Source: Gemmatimonadales bacterium (GTDB taxonomy: Bacteria > Gemmatimonadota > Gemmatimonadetes > Gemmatimonadales > JACORV01). From it: a stretch of 56,111 nt of DNA. The number at the start of each line of letters is the position of its first letter. Position 1 is the first letter of the stretch. A model generated the notes under the pieces. The model was not told the DNA's origin and searched no databases. It was given only the letters and a program-made list of their open reading frames with translations. Positions 9,018-17,446 of the stretch are shown here, piece after piece. The stretch is taken from contig DATMBH010000332.1 in the NCBI GenBank assembly GCA_035559335.1, forward strand, positions 1 to 56,111. The letters are read 5' to 3'. Position numbers and translations under genes: made by a program.

Positions 9018-9338
9018 ATGACGACCCAAACGGAGACCACGGGAATGGAAGTCATGGTTCAGGCGCCGGCAGTGCTGGGAGCACAGAGCCGAGCCGGCTT
9101 CAGGGAGGAGGCGATCGCCGCGCTGGAGAAGCTCGGTGATGCCCAGCCCGGTGGTCGTCTGGTTGTGGATCTGTCGCATACCCAGCGGATCGACAGCGCC
9201 GGGCTCGGGACGCTGGTGATGGTGCAGTTGAGGGCGGCCGAGCGGCGGCAAACCCTGGTGCTGCGCGGGGCCAGTGAGGAGATTCGGTTTCTGTTGTTGA
9301 TGACGCGGCTGGAGGACCGCTTCGTTATCGAACCGTAG
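9018..9338 (+). CDS. STAS domain protein (anti-sigma-factor-antagonist-like)
   Basis: VVDLSHTQRIDSAGLGTLVMVQLRAAERRQTLVLRGASEEIRFLLLMTRL is the STAS/SpoIIAA pattern. I place the start at ATG 9018 because the region upstream to 8862 is AT-richer and looks non-coding. Confidence 0.7.
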   Translation: MTTQTETTGMEVMVQAPAVLGAQSRAGFREEAIAALEKLGDAQPGGRLVVDLSHTQRIDSAGLGTLVMVQLRAAERRQTLVLRGASEEIRFLLLMTRLEDRFVIEP

Positions 9339-9356
9339 TCGTATATTTCGCGCCGC

Positions 9357-10100
9357 ATGAGCGCGGCGCCGCAACTGTCCCCAGCCGTGGCCGCCGGCCC
9401 GGCCCTAGAAGTATCAGACCTCGCCCGCGGGTTCGGCCCGGTGCGGGCGCTCCGAGGCGTCAGCTTCGCGCTGGAGCGCGGTGAGGCGCTGGCGGTTTTC
9501 GGGCCCAACGGGGCCGGGAAGTCCACTCTGCTGCGGCTGCTCGCTGGCCTGCTCAGGCCGGAGCGCGGTTCGATCCGGTTGTTCGGCCACCCGTTCAACC
9601 GCTCCGACGCCGCACAGCGGGTGCGAATCGGACTCATCTCGCACGCTTCGCTGCTGTACGACGGCCTGACCGGCCGCGAGAACCTCGAGTTCACTGCACG
9701 TTGCTACCGGCTGAGCTCGCCTCGCGAGGCGGCCCAGCGCGCGCTGGAGTCCATGGGCCTGGTGGATGCGGCCGACCGGGCTGCCGGCACCTACAGTCGC
9801 GGTATGACGCAGCGGCTGGCGATCGCCCGGGCGCTGCTCCACGATCCGGAGATCGTGCTGCTGGATGAGCCGTTTACCGGGCTCGACACCCGCGCCGCAG
9901 GCGTGCTGCGCTCGCTGCTGGAGCGACTGCGGGCCGACCGGCGCACGCTGGTCCTGGTGACGCACAACCTCGAGGAGGGCCTCGAGCTGGCGACGCAGGT
10001 CGCCCTCCAGGTCTCGGGCCGGTTCGTTATGCTCGACCGTCGCGGCGACGACCCTTCGCTGTGGCGTGCACGTTATGCGGAGGCGGTCGCCGGTGCGTGA
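9357..10100 (+). CDS. ccmA: heme exporter ATP-binding protein CcmA-like (ABC ATPase)
   Basis: Walker A GPNGAGKSTLL, signature YSRGMTQRL and Walker B IVLLDEP. It is followed directly by CcmB- and CcmC-type permeases. Confidence 0.8.
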   Translation: MSAAPQLSPAVAAGPALEVSDLARGFGPVRALRGVSFALERGEALAVFGPNGAGKSTLLRLLAGLLRPERGSIRLFGHPFNRSDAAQRVRIGLISHASLLYDGLTGRENLEFTARCYRLSSPREAAQRALESMGLVDAADRAAGTYSRGMTQRLAIARALLHDPEIVLLDEPFTGLDTRAAGVLRSLLERLRADRRTLVLVTHNLEEGLELATQVALQVSGRFVMLDRRGDDPSLWRARYAEAVAGA

Positions 10101-10773
10101 CGTTCTGGCCCAGGCGCTCGCCGTCGCGGCCAAGGACCTGAAGCTGGAGTTCCGGCGCCGCACCGCGATCTTCTCGGCCCTGGTGTTCACCGCGCTCGTG
10201 CTGGCGATCTTCAATTTCGCGCGTGACCCCACGGCCGTTTCCGCTACAGCGCTGGCGCCCGGGGTGTTGTGGATCACGTTCACGTTCGCCGGGCTGCTCG
10301 GGCTCAACCGCGCCTTCGCCATCGAGCGCGAGAACCGGGCGTTGGACGGCCTGCTGCTCGCGCCCGTGAGCCGCAGCGGTCTGTATCTTGGCAAGCTGAT
10401 CGGGAACCTGGTGTTCGTGGGACTGGTGGAAGCCATCGCGCTGCCCCTGTTCGCGATCTTCTTCAACGTTCCCGTCTGGGGCGTGATCGGCCCGCTTGTC
10501 GGGGTGATCGCGCTGGCCACCGTCGGCTTTGTGGCGGTCGGTACGATTATGAGCGCTATCGCGGTCGGCACCCGGTTCGCCGACTTGATGCTGCCGGTGC
10601 TGATGCTGCCGTTCCTGATGCCGCCGGTGACTGGCGCCGTACAGGTAACGGCGCGGCTGTTTGCGGCGCGTCCTTTTGCTGAAGTAGTGGGCTGGCTTAA
10701 GTTGCTCGTCGCCTACGACATCGTGTTCGTGGTGATCTGTCTCCTGGTATTCGAGGCGGTGCTCGACGAATGA
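10066..10773 (+). CDS. ccmB: heme exporter protein CcmB-like permease
   Basis: Six-TM protein. LAPGVLWITFTFAGLLGLNRAFAIERENRALDGLLLAPVSR matches the CcmB family pattern. An alternative GTG start at 10093 overlaps the ccmA stop. Confidence 0.8.
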   Translation: MHVMRRRSPVRDVLAQALAVAAKDLKLEFRRRTAIFSALVFTALVLAIFNFARDPTAVSATALAPGVLWITFTFAGLLGLNRAFAIERENRALDGLLLAPVSRSGLYLGKLIGNLVFVGLVEAIALPLFAIFFNVPVWGVIGPLVGVIALATVGFVAVGTIMSAIAVGTRFADLMLPVLMLPFLMPPVTGAVQVTARLFAARPFAEVVGWLKLLVAYDIVFVVICLLVFEAVLDE

Positions 10774-11471
10774 CCGGAACTGCGGAGGTACTGGCGAGTA
10801 GGCTGCGCCTGACGAGGTGGGGAGTTGTGGCGGCGTTGGCGCTGCTTGCGGCGGTGTACGTGCGGGCCCTCGAGTTCACTCCCCTCGAAGCGACCCAGGG
10901 CGCAGCACAGAAGATCTTCTACATCCACGTGCCGAGCGCGTGGACGGCGTTCCTGGCCTACGGGGTCGTGGGCGTGTGCTCGGTGCTGTACCTGTTCCTG
11001 AAAGACCTGAGGCTGGACCGGTTTGCCGCTTGCTCAGCCGAGGTGGGCACGGTGTTTTGCACCGGCGTGCTGATCTCGGGCCCCATCTGGGGCAAGCCCA
11101 TCTGGGGCACCTGGTGGACCTGGGACTTCCGGCTGTCCAGCACGCTGTTCCTGTGGTTCCTGTTCGTCGGCTACATAGTGTTGCGTGGTGCCGTGACCGA
11201 GCCGCGCCAGCGGGCGAGGTTCAGCGCGGTGCTCGGAATCTTGGGGATGCTACTGGTGCCATTCATCCATGTGAGTGTGACGCTGTTCCGCACCCTGCAT
11301 CCGCAGCCGGTGGTGCTCAAGCCCGAGGGTCCGAGCCTGCCGGGCTCGATGCTTGTCACGCTGTTGTTCTCGTTCCTGGCGTTCACGCTGATGTACGTCG
11401 GGTTCGTGGTGCATCGTTACACGCTCGCGAAACTCGCCGAAGTGCGCGAGGCGGAGGCTGGCGATGCCTGA
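10770..11471 (+). CDS. ccmC: heme exporter protein CcmC
   Basis: The Trp-rich heme-handling motif reads WGKPIWGTWWTWDFRL, with flanking His residues (YIHVP, FIHVS). Its start overlaps the ccmB stop (ATGA). Confidence 0.9.
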   Translation: MTGTAEVLASRLRLTRWGVVAALALLAAVYVRALEFTPLEATQGAAQKIFYIHVPSAWTAFLAYGVVGVCSVLYLFLKDLRLDRFAACSAEVGTVFCTGVLISGPIWGKPIWGTWWTWDFRLSSTLFLWFLFVGYIVLRGAVTEPRQRARFSAVLGILGMLLVPFIHVSVTLFRTLHPQPVVLKPEGPSLPGSMLVTLLFSFLAFTLMYVGFVVHRYTLAKLAEVREAEAGDA

Positions 11472-11559
11472 CAATGCCGGTTACATGTGGGCCGCGTATA
11501 TCGCGTTAGGGGTGCTCTACGCGGGATACGCGTTATACCTGTTCCGCAGGAAGGCGTGA
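11464..11559 (+). CDS. ccmD: CcmD-like small membrane protein (31 aa, below the ORF-track cut-off)
   Basis: Hand translation gives MPDNAGYMWAAYIALGVLYAGYALYLFRRKA*. The ATG overlaps the ccmC stop by 8 nt. It has a single TM helix plus a basic tail, and the GY.W.AY start is typical of CcmD. Confidence 0.6.
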   Translation: MPDNAGYMWAAYIALGVLYAGYALYLFRRKA

Positions 11560-11578
11560 TGCGCAGCGGGCGTTGAGC

Positions 11579-11639
11579 GATGGGTGGGTGGCGATGGGCG
11601 ATGCTGTCGCCGCCGGCTCCGCATCGCCTCCCACCCATC
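11579..11639. repeat. imperfect palindrome (terminator-like) between convergent ccmD and the aquaporin
   Basis: gatgggtgggtggcgatg pairs with catcgcctcccacccatc (17/18) around a loop of about 25 nt. The motif cccatcac is repeated again just downstream. Confidence 0.5.
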
Positions 11640-11651
11640 ACCTCCCGTCCA

Positions 11652-12344
11652 TTACCCATCACGCTTCAAGAGCAGTCTCTCGTACACCTGAAACGCCGCC
11701 ACTGCGCCCAGAATCGGTCCGATCCAGTAGGCGGCGTGTCCCGCCCAGGCGGCGTTGCCGGACAGCTGGGTGACCAGCGCCGGTCCGAAGGCGCGCGCCG
11801 GGTTCACGGCCGCGCCAGTCATCTGCCCGCCGGCGAGAATATCGAACCACATCACCAGACCGATGCCGAAGCCGGCGATCTTCGGCGCAGCGGGGTCCAC
11901 GGCTGTCCCCATGACCGCCAGCCCCAGCAGGAAGGTGAGGATCGCCTCGATCAGGATGCCCCGGGCCAGGTCAACGTGGATCGCCAGCTGTGGAGTGCCC
12001 AGCACTGCTACGCTAGTGGCGCCACCCGGGTACAGCAGCTTGACGGCCGTGGCTGCGAGTATGGCCCCGACCAGCTGTGCGCCGATGTATGAGGCGGCGT
12101 CCTTCAGCCCGATGCGTCCGACCGACCAGGCGCCGATCGTGACGGCGGGGTTCAGGTGACCGCCCGAGATGTTCATGGTCATGCTCACCGCCACCGCCAG
12201 CGCGAGCCCTTGGGCCGCCGCGATACCGAGCAGGCCGATGCTGCCGTTGCGATAGGTGTCCGAGACGATCGCGCCGACGGCGGCGAACACCAGGAAGAAG
12301 GTGCCGAGGCACTCGGCGAGCAGGGGACGGATCTTGGTGTGCAT
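11652..12344 (-). CDS. aqpZ: aquaporin (MIP family, AqpZ-like)
   Basis: Two NPA boxes (SGGHLNPAVT and GAAVNPARAFGP) and six TM helices. ATG 12344 is preceded by GAGG, and ATG 12359 is an alternative. The 407-aa track ORF is an artefactual extension. Confidence 0.9.
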   Translation of the reverse strand: MHTKIRPLLAECLGTFFLVFAAVGAIVSDTYRNGSIGLLGIAAAQGLALAVAVSMTMNISGGHLNPAVTIGAWSVGRIGLKDAASYIGAQLVGAILAATAVKLLYPGGATSVAVLGTPQLAIHVDLARGILIEAILTFLLGLAVMGTAVDPAAPKIAGFGIGLVMWFDILAGGQMTGAAVNPARAFGPALVTQLSGNAAWAGHAAYWIGPILGAVAAFQVYERLLLKRDG

Positions 12345-12484
12345 CTGCAGAGACCTCATGGTTGGGTGAACTCGGCGGGGAAAGATGCACTGGTGCTTGA
12401 GGCGTGAGAAGTGATGGGGGAGAGATGCTGAGGCTGGGTTAGTTGCGGGGGGGGTGAGAAGCAAGGCGGGGTGACGCGGGCCGC

Positions 12485-13720
12485 TCACGCTCTGCGCATC
12501 ACCACCGCAGCGTTGATTCCCCCGAAGCCGAACGAGTTCGACAGCGCAATCTCGGCCCCGTGCTCCGCCCCCTCGGGGAGGTAATTCAGATCGCACGCCG
12601 GGTCGGGGTGCGTGAGGTTGAGCGTGGGCGGCAGCCACCCATCCTTTAGAACCAGCGCTGTCAGCGCCGCCTCGATCGCGCCTGAGGCGCCGAGCGCGTG
12701 ACCGTAGTAGCCCTTGGTGCCGCTGATCCGCAGTCGGTAGGCGTGCTCGCCGAACACCAGCTTGAAAGCCTGGGTTTCGGTGCTGTCGTTCAGCGGTGTC
12801 GAGGAGCCGTGAGCGTTCACGTACTCGACCTCGCCGGGCGCTATCCCGGCGTCCGCGAGCGCCAGCGCCAGGCACCGCGCCGCCTGGCTGCCGTCGGGCC
12901 GGGGCGCCGTCATGTGCCAGGCGTCGTTGGTGGTCGCCGCTCCCAGCACCTCTGCGAGGATCGGGGCCCCGCGCGCCACAGCCCGAGACATTTCTTCGAG
13001 CACCAGCACTGCGGCGCCTTCCCCCATCACGAATCCGTCCCGGTCAGCGTCGAACGGACGCGATGCCGTGGCCGGATCGTCGTTCCTGGTGCTCATCGCC
13101 CGGATCAGGGCGAAGGCGCCGAAGCACAGCGGGGCCAGCGGAGCCTCCGCGCCCCCGGCCAGCATGACATCGGCGCGTCCGTCGCGGATCGCATGAAAAG
13201 CGTCGCCTACGGCGATCGTTCCCGATGCGCAACTCATGGCGTTGGTGCTGTTGGGGCCGGTGATCCCGAATTCGATGGCGATGTTGCAGCTCGAGGCCCC
13301 GGGGAAGACGGACAGGGCGAGCGCGGCATCAACCGCGCGCAATCCGGCCTGAGCGAACCGACCCGCCTGCTCCTCGGCGTAGGCGACGCCGCCTAACGCC
13401 GAGCCCATCATGGCCCCGACGCGGCCGGGATCCAGGCGGCGCAGGTCCAGCTCTGCGTGCTCCAGCGCCAGCCTCGCAGCCACCACGGCGAACTGGGAGA
13501 AGCGATCGTAGCGCCGCGCCCGCTTCGATTCCAGGAAGTCCAGCGGCCGGAAATCGGGCACCTCCGCCGCCACACGCGAGCGAAACGGGGTCGGGTCGAA
13601 GCGGGTGATCTCACGGACCGCCGAGCGCCGCGACCGCAGTCCGGCGATGAACTGCTGCGCCCCGATGCCTATCGGAGTGACGAACCCGACGCCCGTCACC
13701 GCGACGCGGCGGCGGTTCAC
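12485..13720 (-). CDS. beta-ketoacyl-ACP synthase II-like condensing enzyme (Cys-His-His type)
   Basis: VAVTGVGFVTPIG, active-site NAMSCASG, VNAHGSSTPLND, GYYGHALGASG and FGFGGINAA. GTG 13720 overlaps the upstream stop (GTGA). Confidence 0.9.
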   Translation of the reverse strand: MNRRRVAVTGVGFVTPIGIGAQQFIAGLRSRRSAVREITRFDPTPFRSRVAAEVPDFRPLDFLESKRARRYDRFSQFAVVAARLALEHAELDLRRLDPGRVGAMMGSALGGVAYAEEQAGRFAQAGLRAVDAALALSVFPGASSCNIAIEFGITGPNSTNAMSCASGTIAVGDAFHAIRDGRADVMLAGGAEAPLAPLCFGAFALIRAMSTRNDDPATASRPFDADRDGFVMGEGAAVLVLEEMSRAVARGAPILAEVLGAATTNDAWHMTAPRPDGSQAARCLALALADAGIAPGEVEYVNAHGSSTPLNDSTETQAFKLVFGEHAYRLRISGTKGYYGHALGASGAIEAALTALVLKDGWLPPTLNLTHPDPACDLNYLPEGAEHGAEIALSNSFGFGGINAAVVMRRA

Positions 13721-14202
13721 ACCGACTCTCCGCGCCGGGCGCCGGCGGCGCGGCCGATTCCTGCCAGCGTGCGACTGGCAATGCCGTGGATGAACACGGG
13801 GCCGATGATCAGATTGGCGGCGAGCGCTCCGATCAGAGGCCACCGGGGTCCGTCCCACCAGTGCGTTATCGTCACCTCCGTGCCCCCATCCCGCTCCGCG
13901 AACTCCCAGGCCACGTCCATTCCACGCGTGATACCCCGCACATGGCGATAGCGCACGCGGGGCACCTGTGGCTCAATGGTCATTTCCGAAATCCACCAGG
14001 TCGGCCAGCGCAGCGGTCCGAATGGCCGCCACGCCGCCATCTCCACCGTGGCCGTGCGCTCCGCCGCACCTGCCGAGTGTCCACTCAGTATGCGCACCCA
14101 GCGGTAGTGCGGCAGCCACTGCGGCCAGCGCTCGACGTCGCTGGCGCACGCGAACACGTCGGCCAGCGGCGCCGCTACCACAAGCCGGTCAACGGTTATC
14201 AC
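13717..14202 (-). CDS. SRPBCC (polyketide cyclase/dehydrase, START-like) family protein
   Basis: VDRLVVAAPLADVFACASDVERWPQWLPHYRWVRIL... is the typical SRPBCC N-terminal pattern. GTG 14202 overlaps the methyltransferase stop (GTGA). The rest of track ORF 13717-14697 is an Arg-rich artefact. Confidence 0.75.
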   Translation of the reverse strand: MITVDRLVVAAPLADVFACASDVERWPQWLPHYRWVRILSGHSAGAAERTATVEMAAWRPFGPLRWPTWWISEMTIEPQVPRVRYRHVRGITRGMDVAWEFAERDGGTEVTITHWWDGPRWPLIGALAANLIIGPVFIHGIASRTLAGIGRAAGARRGESV

Positions 14203-14909
14203 GGCGCGGCGTGTTGCGGCGTCCAGGCCGCAGTGAGTGTCCAGCCCGGATGGCTGCGCACCGCGGCGCGCACTCCGGCGCGCGCGCAGGCGTTTCCCAG
14301 CTCGTCCGCCGTGAACCCGCGCAGCACGCTGATGACGCTGTCGCGCCGGGTCGCGGGGTGAAATCGCATCGGAAACGACGCAAGGAATATCCCGGCGGCC
14401 GCGATCAGGCTGCGGCGGATGTCCACGAGTACTACGCCCACCCGCGCCACGCGGTTCAGTTCGCGCAGCAGCGCGGCGCCGGCCTCGCCTGGAAGGTGAT
14501 GCAGCAGTTTGGAGCACAGCACTAGGTCCGCCGATCCGGAACGAAGCGGCAGCTCGGCGCCGCGGGCCAGGATCGCCGAGACGCCGGCGTCGCGGGCGCT
14601 TCGCGCGGCGGCGAGATGCGTGTCGATTCCGGTCAGGCGCAGCGTTATGCCACGGCGAGCCGCCGCGCGGGCGGCGGCGGCCGGTATGTCCCCGCAACCC
14701 GTGCCCACATCGAGCAGAACCAGCGTGGAGCCTCGCGGCAAGTCCTGCCAGTACTCGGCCAGCCGCTGAACCGCGGCGGCTGCGCCGCCAAAGGCGCGGT
14801 TGATCAGCGCGATGTCGCGCAACGATGCGGTCACGACCCGCGCGTCCGCCCGCGGGTCATCTAGCGTTTCGGTGGCCGCCACTGCCCAGCTGCGCAGCCG
14901 CGCGATCAT
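14199..14909 (-). CDS. class I SAM-dependent methyltransferase
   Basis: Motif I LVLLDVGTGCGDI and post-I LTGIDT, with LVLCSKLLHHL. ATG 14909 overlaps the flavin reductase stop (ATGA). Confidence 0.8.
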   Translation of the reverse strand: MIARLRSWAVAATETLDDPRADARVVTASLRDIALINRAFGGAAAAVQRLAEYWQDLPRGSTLVLLDVGTGCGDIPAAAARAAARRGITLRLTGIDTHLAAARSARDAGVSAILARGAELPLRSGSADLVLCSKLLHHLPGEAGAALLRELNRVARVGVVLVDIRRSLIAAAGIFLASFPMRFHPATRRDSVISVLRGFTADELGNACARAGVRAAVRSHPGWTLTAAWTPQHAAP

Positions 14910-15373
14910 GCGAAGCCGCCGTAGCGGCGCCTGAAGTAGATCAGCGCCGCGCCTTCGCGGGTTTCGCTCCATTCGGGCGAGGCCACGACAATGCGATGAT
15001 CCCCGGCCTCGAACACGTCGGTGCGCCGGCAATCAAGGTGCGCCAGGGCGCCGGGAATGACAGGCAGCCCGGCAGGACTGAGCTTCGGCTGCGAGTCGAA
15101 CCGCGCCCGCTCTCGATCGGCGAACCGCCGCGCGATATCCTCCTGGTCGGCGGCCAGGAAGCTGACCGCGAACAGATCCGATGACGTAATCGCGTCTGCG
15201 ATGATCGCGCCGCGATCCACGCACACCAGAAGCAGTGGTGGTTCGAGCGACAGCGAGGTGACGGTGTTGGCGGTCATGCCCAGGAACGCGGCTCCGTCAC
15301 GAACGATCACCACCGAGACCGCCCCGGCCAGGTGGCTCATCGTGTCTCTGAACTCCCGCGAATCGAGCGGCAT
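14906..15373 (-). CDS. flavin reductase family protein (HpaC/NADH:FMN oxidoreductase-like)
   Basis: FRDTMSHLAGAVSVV...GMTANTVTSLSLEPPLLLVCV is the flavin_reduct domain pattern. ATG 15373 is preceded by AGGAAAGGGA. Confidence 0.85.
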   Translation of the reverse strand: MPLDSREFRDTMSHLAGAVSVVIVRDGAAFLGMTANTVTSLSLEPPLLLVCVDRGAIIADAITSSDLFAVSFLAADQEDIARRFADRERARFDSQPKLSPAGLPVIPGALAHLDCRRTDVFEAGDHRIVVASPEWSETREGAALIYFRRRYGGFA

Positions 15374-15392
15374 CAGGCTGGCGGTCCCTTTC

Positions 15393-16604
15393 CTATATAA
15401 GTACGGCTGCCAGCCGCGCCGGTGTGAACAGGGAGGAAACCGGCGCGCAGTCCCCCGCAGCTGCAACCCACAGGTCGGCAAGACCCGGCCTGCGGGCCAG
15501 GTTGTGGGTGAACCGCCGCATTAGCGCCGGCTGAGTCGCGGCGTGGGCAACCACCCGCTCCAACACCCACTTGCCGGCAAACGCCTTGCGGCGCGCGCGC
15601 GCGTAGCGTCGCAACGATCGCCGCTCGGCTGGCCCGCTTGCCAGCGCCGCAGCGATTGACTCCCCTGCCAGTCGCCCGCCTCGCAGCGCGGCAAAGATGC
15701 CCTCGCCGGTGAACGGGTCGTAGAAGTCAGCTGCGTCTCCCACGAGCAGAGCCCCGTCCGCGATCGCGCTCACACTGCGGCTGGCGAACGGGCCGGTGAC
15801 CAGCACCCGCCTGACGAGCGAGGCGCTGGCGGTGCGCCGCGCCAGCTCCGGCCAACGCGCCAGTTCGGTGCGCAGCGCCGCAACAGGATCGAACCCAGCA
15901 CCCGCGTCGCCGGCAGGAATTACCGCGGCGACGTTGACCAGGTCCGTTCCGATCGGAGCAAGGCCGAGGTACCGGCCGCGGGCGACGAACATCTCTCCCA
16001 CGTCCGCGCAGTCGGATACGCCGCGCAAGTGAGCCACTAGTGCCAGCCGCCTCAGCCGTCCGCGCCGCGCCAGCCGCAGCACCCGGGCGACGCGGGAGTT
16101 GAGCCCGTCGGCGCCCACGACTACTCGGGCGCGTACGGTCTGCCGCTCGGCACCGAACCGGAGCGTGGCGCTGCGGACGCCTTCGCTCCATGGGCCGATG
16201 TCCTCGAGCGAGCATTCCTCACGCACCTCCGCGCCAGCCGTGCGCGCTGCCTCGAGAAGCAGCGAGTCCAACACCGTTCGGGGAAGCGCGTAGCCGAATG
16301 GTCGGTACGGGCTGACACCTGGGGCCGCCGCGAACCGGCCGGTCACGTGCGCGCCGTCGTCGCTCACCAGGCGAAAGCCGTACAGCCGGAGTGCACCTGC
16401 TGACTCCAGTTCCGCGGTGATACCCAGCGCGTCGAGGTCGCGGGTGGCTTCGGGCGACAGGTACTCGGCGCATGCCTTGTCGCGGGGAAACCGGGCCCGG
16501 TCGACCACCAGCACGTCCAGACCGGCACGCGCGCACCAGGCAGCCGTGGCGGATCCCGCGGGCCCGCCACCGACGACCAGGACATCCAGCGCGCGCTGCT
16601 TCAT
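15393..16604 (-). CDS. FAD-dependent oxidoreductase, geranylgeranyl-reductase family
   Basis: Dinucleotide fold LDVLVVGGGPAGSATA, FPRDKACAEYLSP and VVGADGLNSRVAR. Length 403 aa. The start overlaps the DUF92 stop (ATGA). Confidence 0.85.
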   Translation of the reverse strand: MKQRALDVLVVGGGPAGSATAAWCARAGLDVLVVDRARFPRDKACAEYLSPEATRDLDALGITAELESAGALRLYGFRLVSDDGAHVTGRFAAAPGVSPYRPFGYALPRTVLDSLLLEAARTAGAEVREECSLEDIGPWSEGVRSATLRFGAERQTVRARVVVGADGLNSRVARVLRLARRGRLRRLALVAHLRGVSDCADVGEMFVARGRYLGLAPIGTDLVNVAAVIPAGDAGAGFDPVAALRTELARWPELARRTASASLVRRVLVTGPFASRSVSAIADGALLVGDAADFYDPFTGEGIFAALRGGRLAGESIAAALASGPAERRSLRRYARARRKAFAGKWVLERVVAHAATQPALMRRFTHNLARRPGLADLWVAAAGDCAPVSSLFTPARLAAVLI

Positions 16605-17446
16605 CCGGCTATACCCGCCGGTACGGCTGTGCCCGAGGTCATGAGGGACGGTAGCGCCGCCACGGCAGCCCCGACCAGCGTCGCCATGAAATTCACACTG
16701 TCATTGGTAACTATCCTGAACCCGCTGGACAGCGAGGAAGTTCCTCCGCAGCCGTGGGTGCCGGTCTCGATCAGCGCTCCACAACTGCACCGCCAGCGCG
16801 CCTGAATGACCGCACCGGCGAGCGAGTCGGTCAGGGATCCGGCCAAGCCGGCGACGACGATCCACAATGCTGATCGCAGCTCCGCGATCCCCAACGCCGT
16901 CGCGACGGCGGCAATCACGACCGCGCCGGCCAGTCCGGCGGCAGTGCCGAGTGCGCTTATTCCTCCGGATACTCCGGGGCTCACCGGCTTGAGCGTAGTG
17001 ATAAGCACGGTGGTTCCGCTGGTGCGTGCGCCGATCTCGGTGGACCAGGTGTCGGCGGTGGCGGCGGCCACCGCTCCGGCGAACGCGAGAGCGAAGCCGG
17101 GATCGGATCTCGCCAATACTGCGCACAGCGCCGGGACGCCTCCATTCGCGAGCACCTGAAGTGGGGAGCGCCGGCCTCCGCCGGGAGTCAGCAGCGAACC
17201 GGTTACCAGGAACGCCGCGAGCACCGCCAGGCCCGGCCACGAGAGGCCGAGCCAAACGATGCCGCCGACCAGCGCGGCCGCCGCCGCGCCGGGAGGGCTC
17301 AACCAGGTGCGCACCGAGCGAAGTTCGCCGCGCCGGTCGTGGCGGCGCAACCCGCGCGCCGCTATTTTCGGCTGCTCCGTGACGCGCAGCGGCCCCAGGT
17401 CAGCCCACTCGATTCTTCCCCTCGCGGTCCTCGAGGCGATGCGCAA
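16601..17446 (-). CDS. DUF92 (TMEM19/VTE6-like) integral membrane protein
   Basis: Polytopic membrane protein with NGGVPALCAVL, ATADTWSTEIG and GISALGTAAG, typical of DUF92/COG1836. The likelier start is GTG 17314 (238 aa), because ATG 17446 would overlap the divergent gene's start. Confidence 0.7.
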   Translation of the reverse strand: MRIASRTARGRIEWADLGPLRVTEQPKIAARGLRRHDRRGELRSVRTWLSPPGAAAAALVGGIVWLGLSWPGLAVLAAFLVTGSLLTPGGGRRSPLQVLANGGVPALCAVLARSDPGFALAFAGAVAAATADTWSTEIGARTSGTTVLITTLKPVSPGVSGGISALGTAAGLAGAVVIAAVATALGIAELRSALWIVVAGLAGSLTDSLAGAVIQARWRCSCGALIETGTHGCGGTSSLSSGFRIVTNDSVNFMATLVGAAVAALPSLMTSGTAVPAGIAG

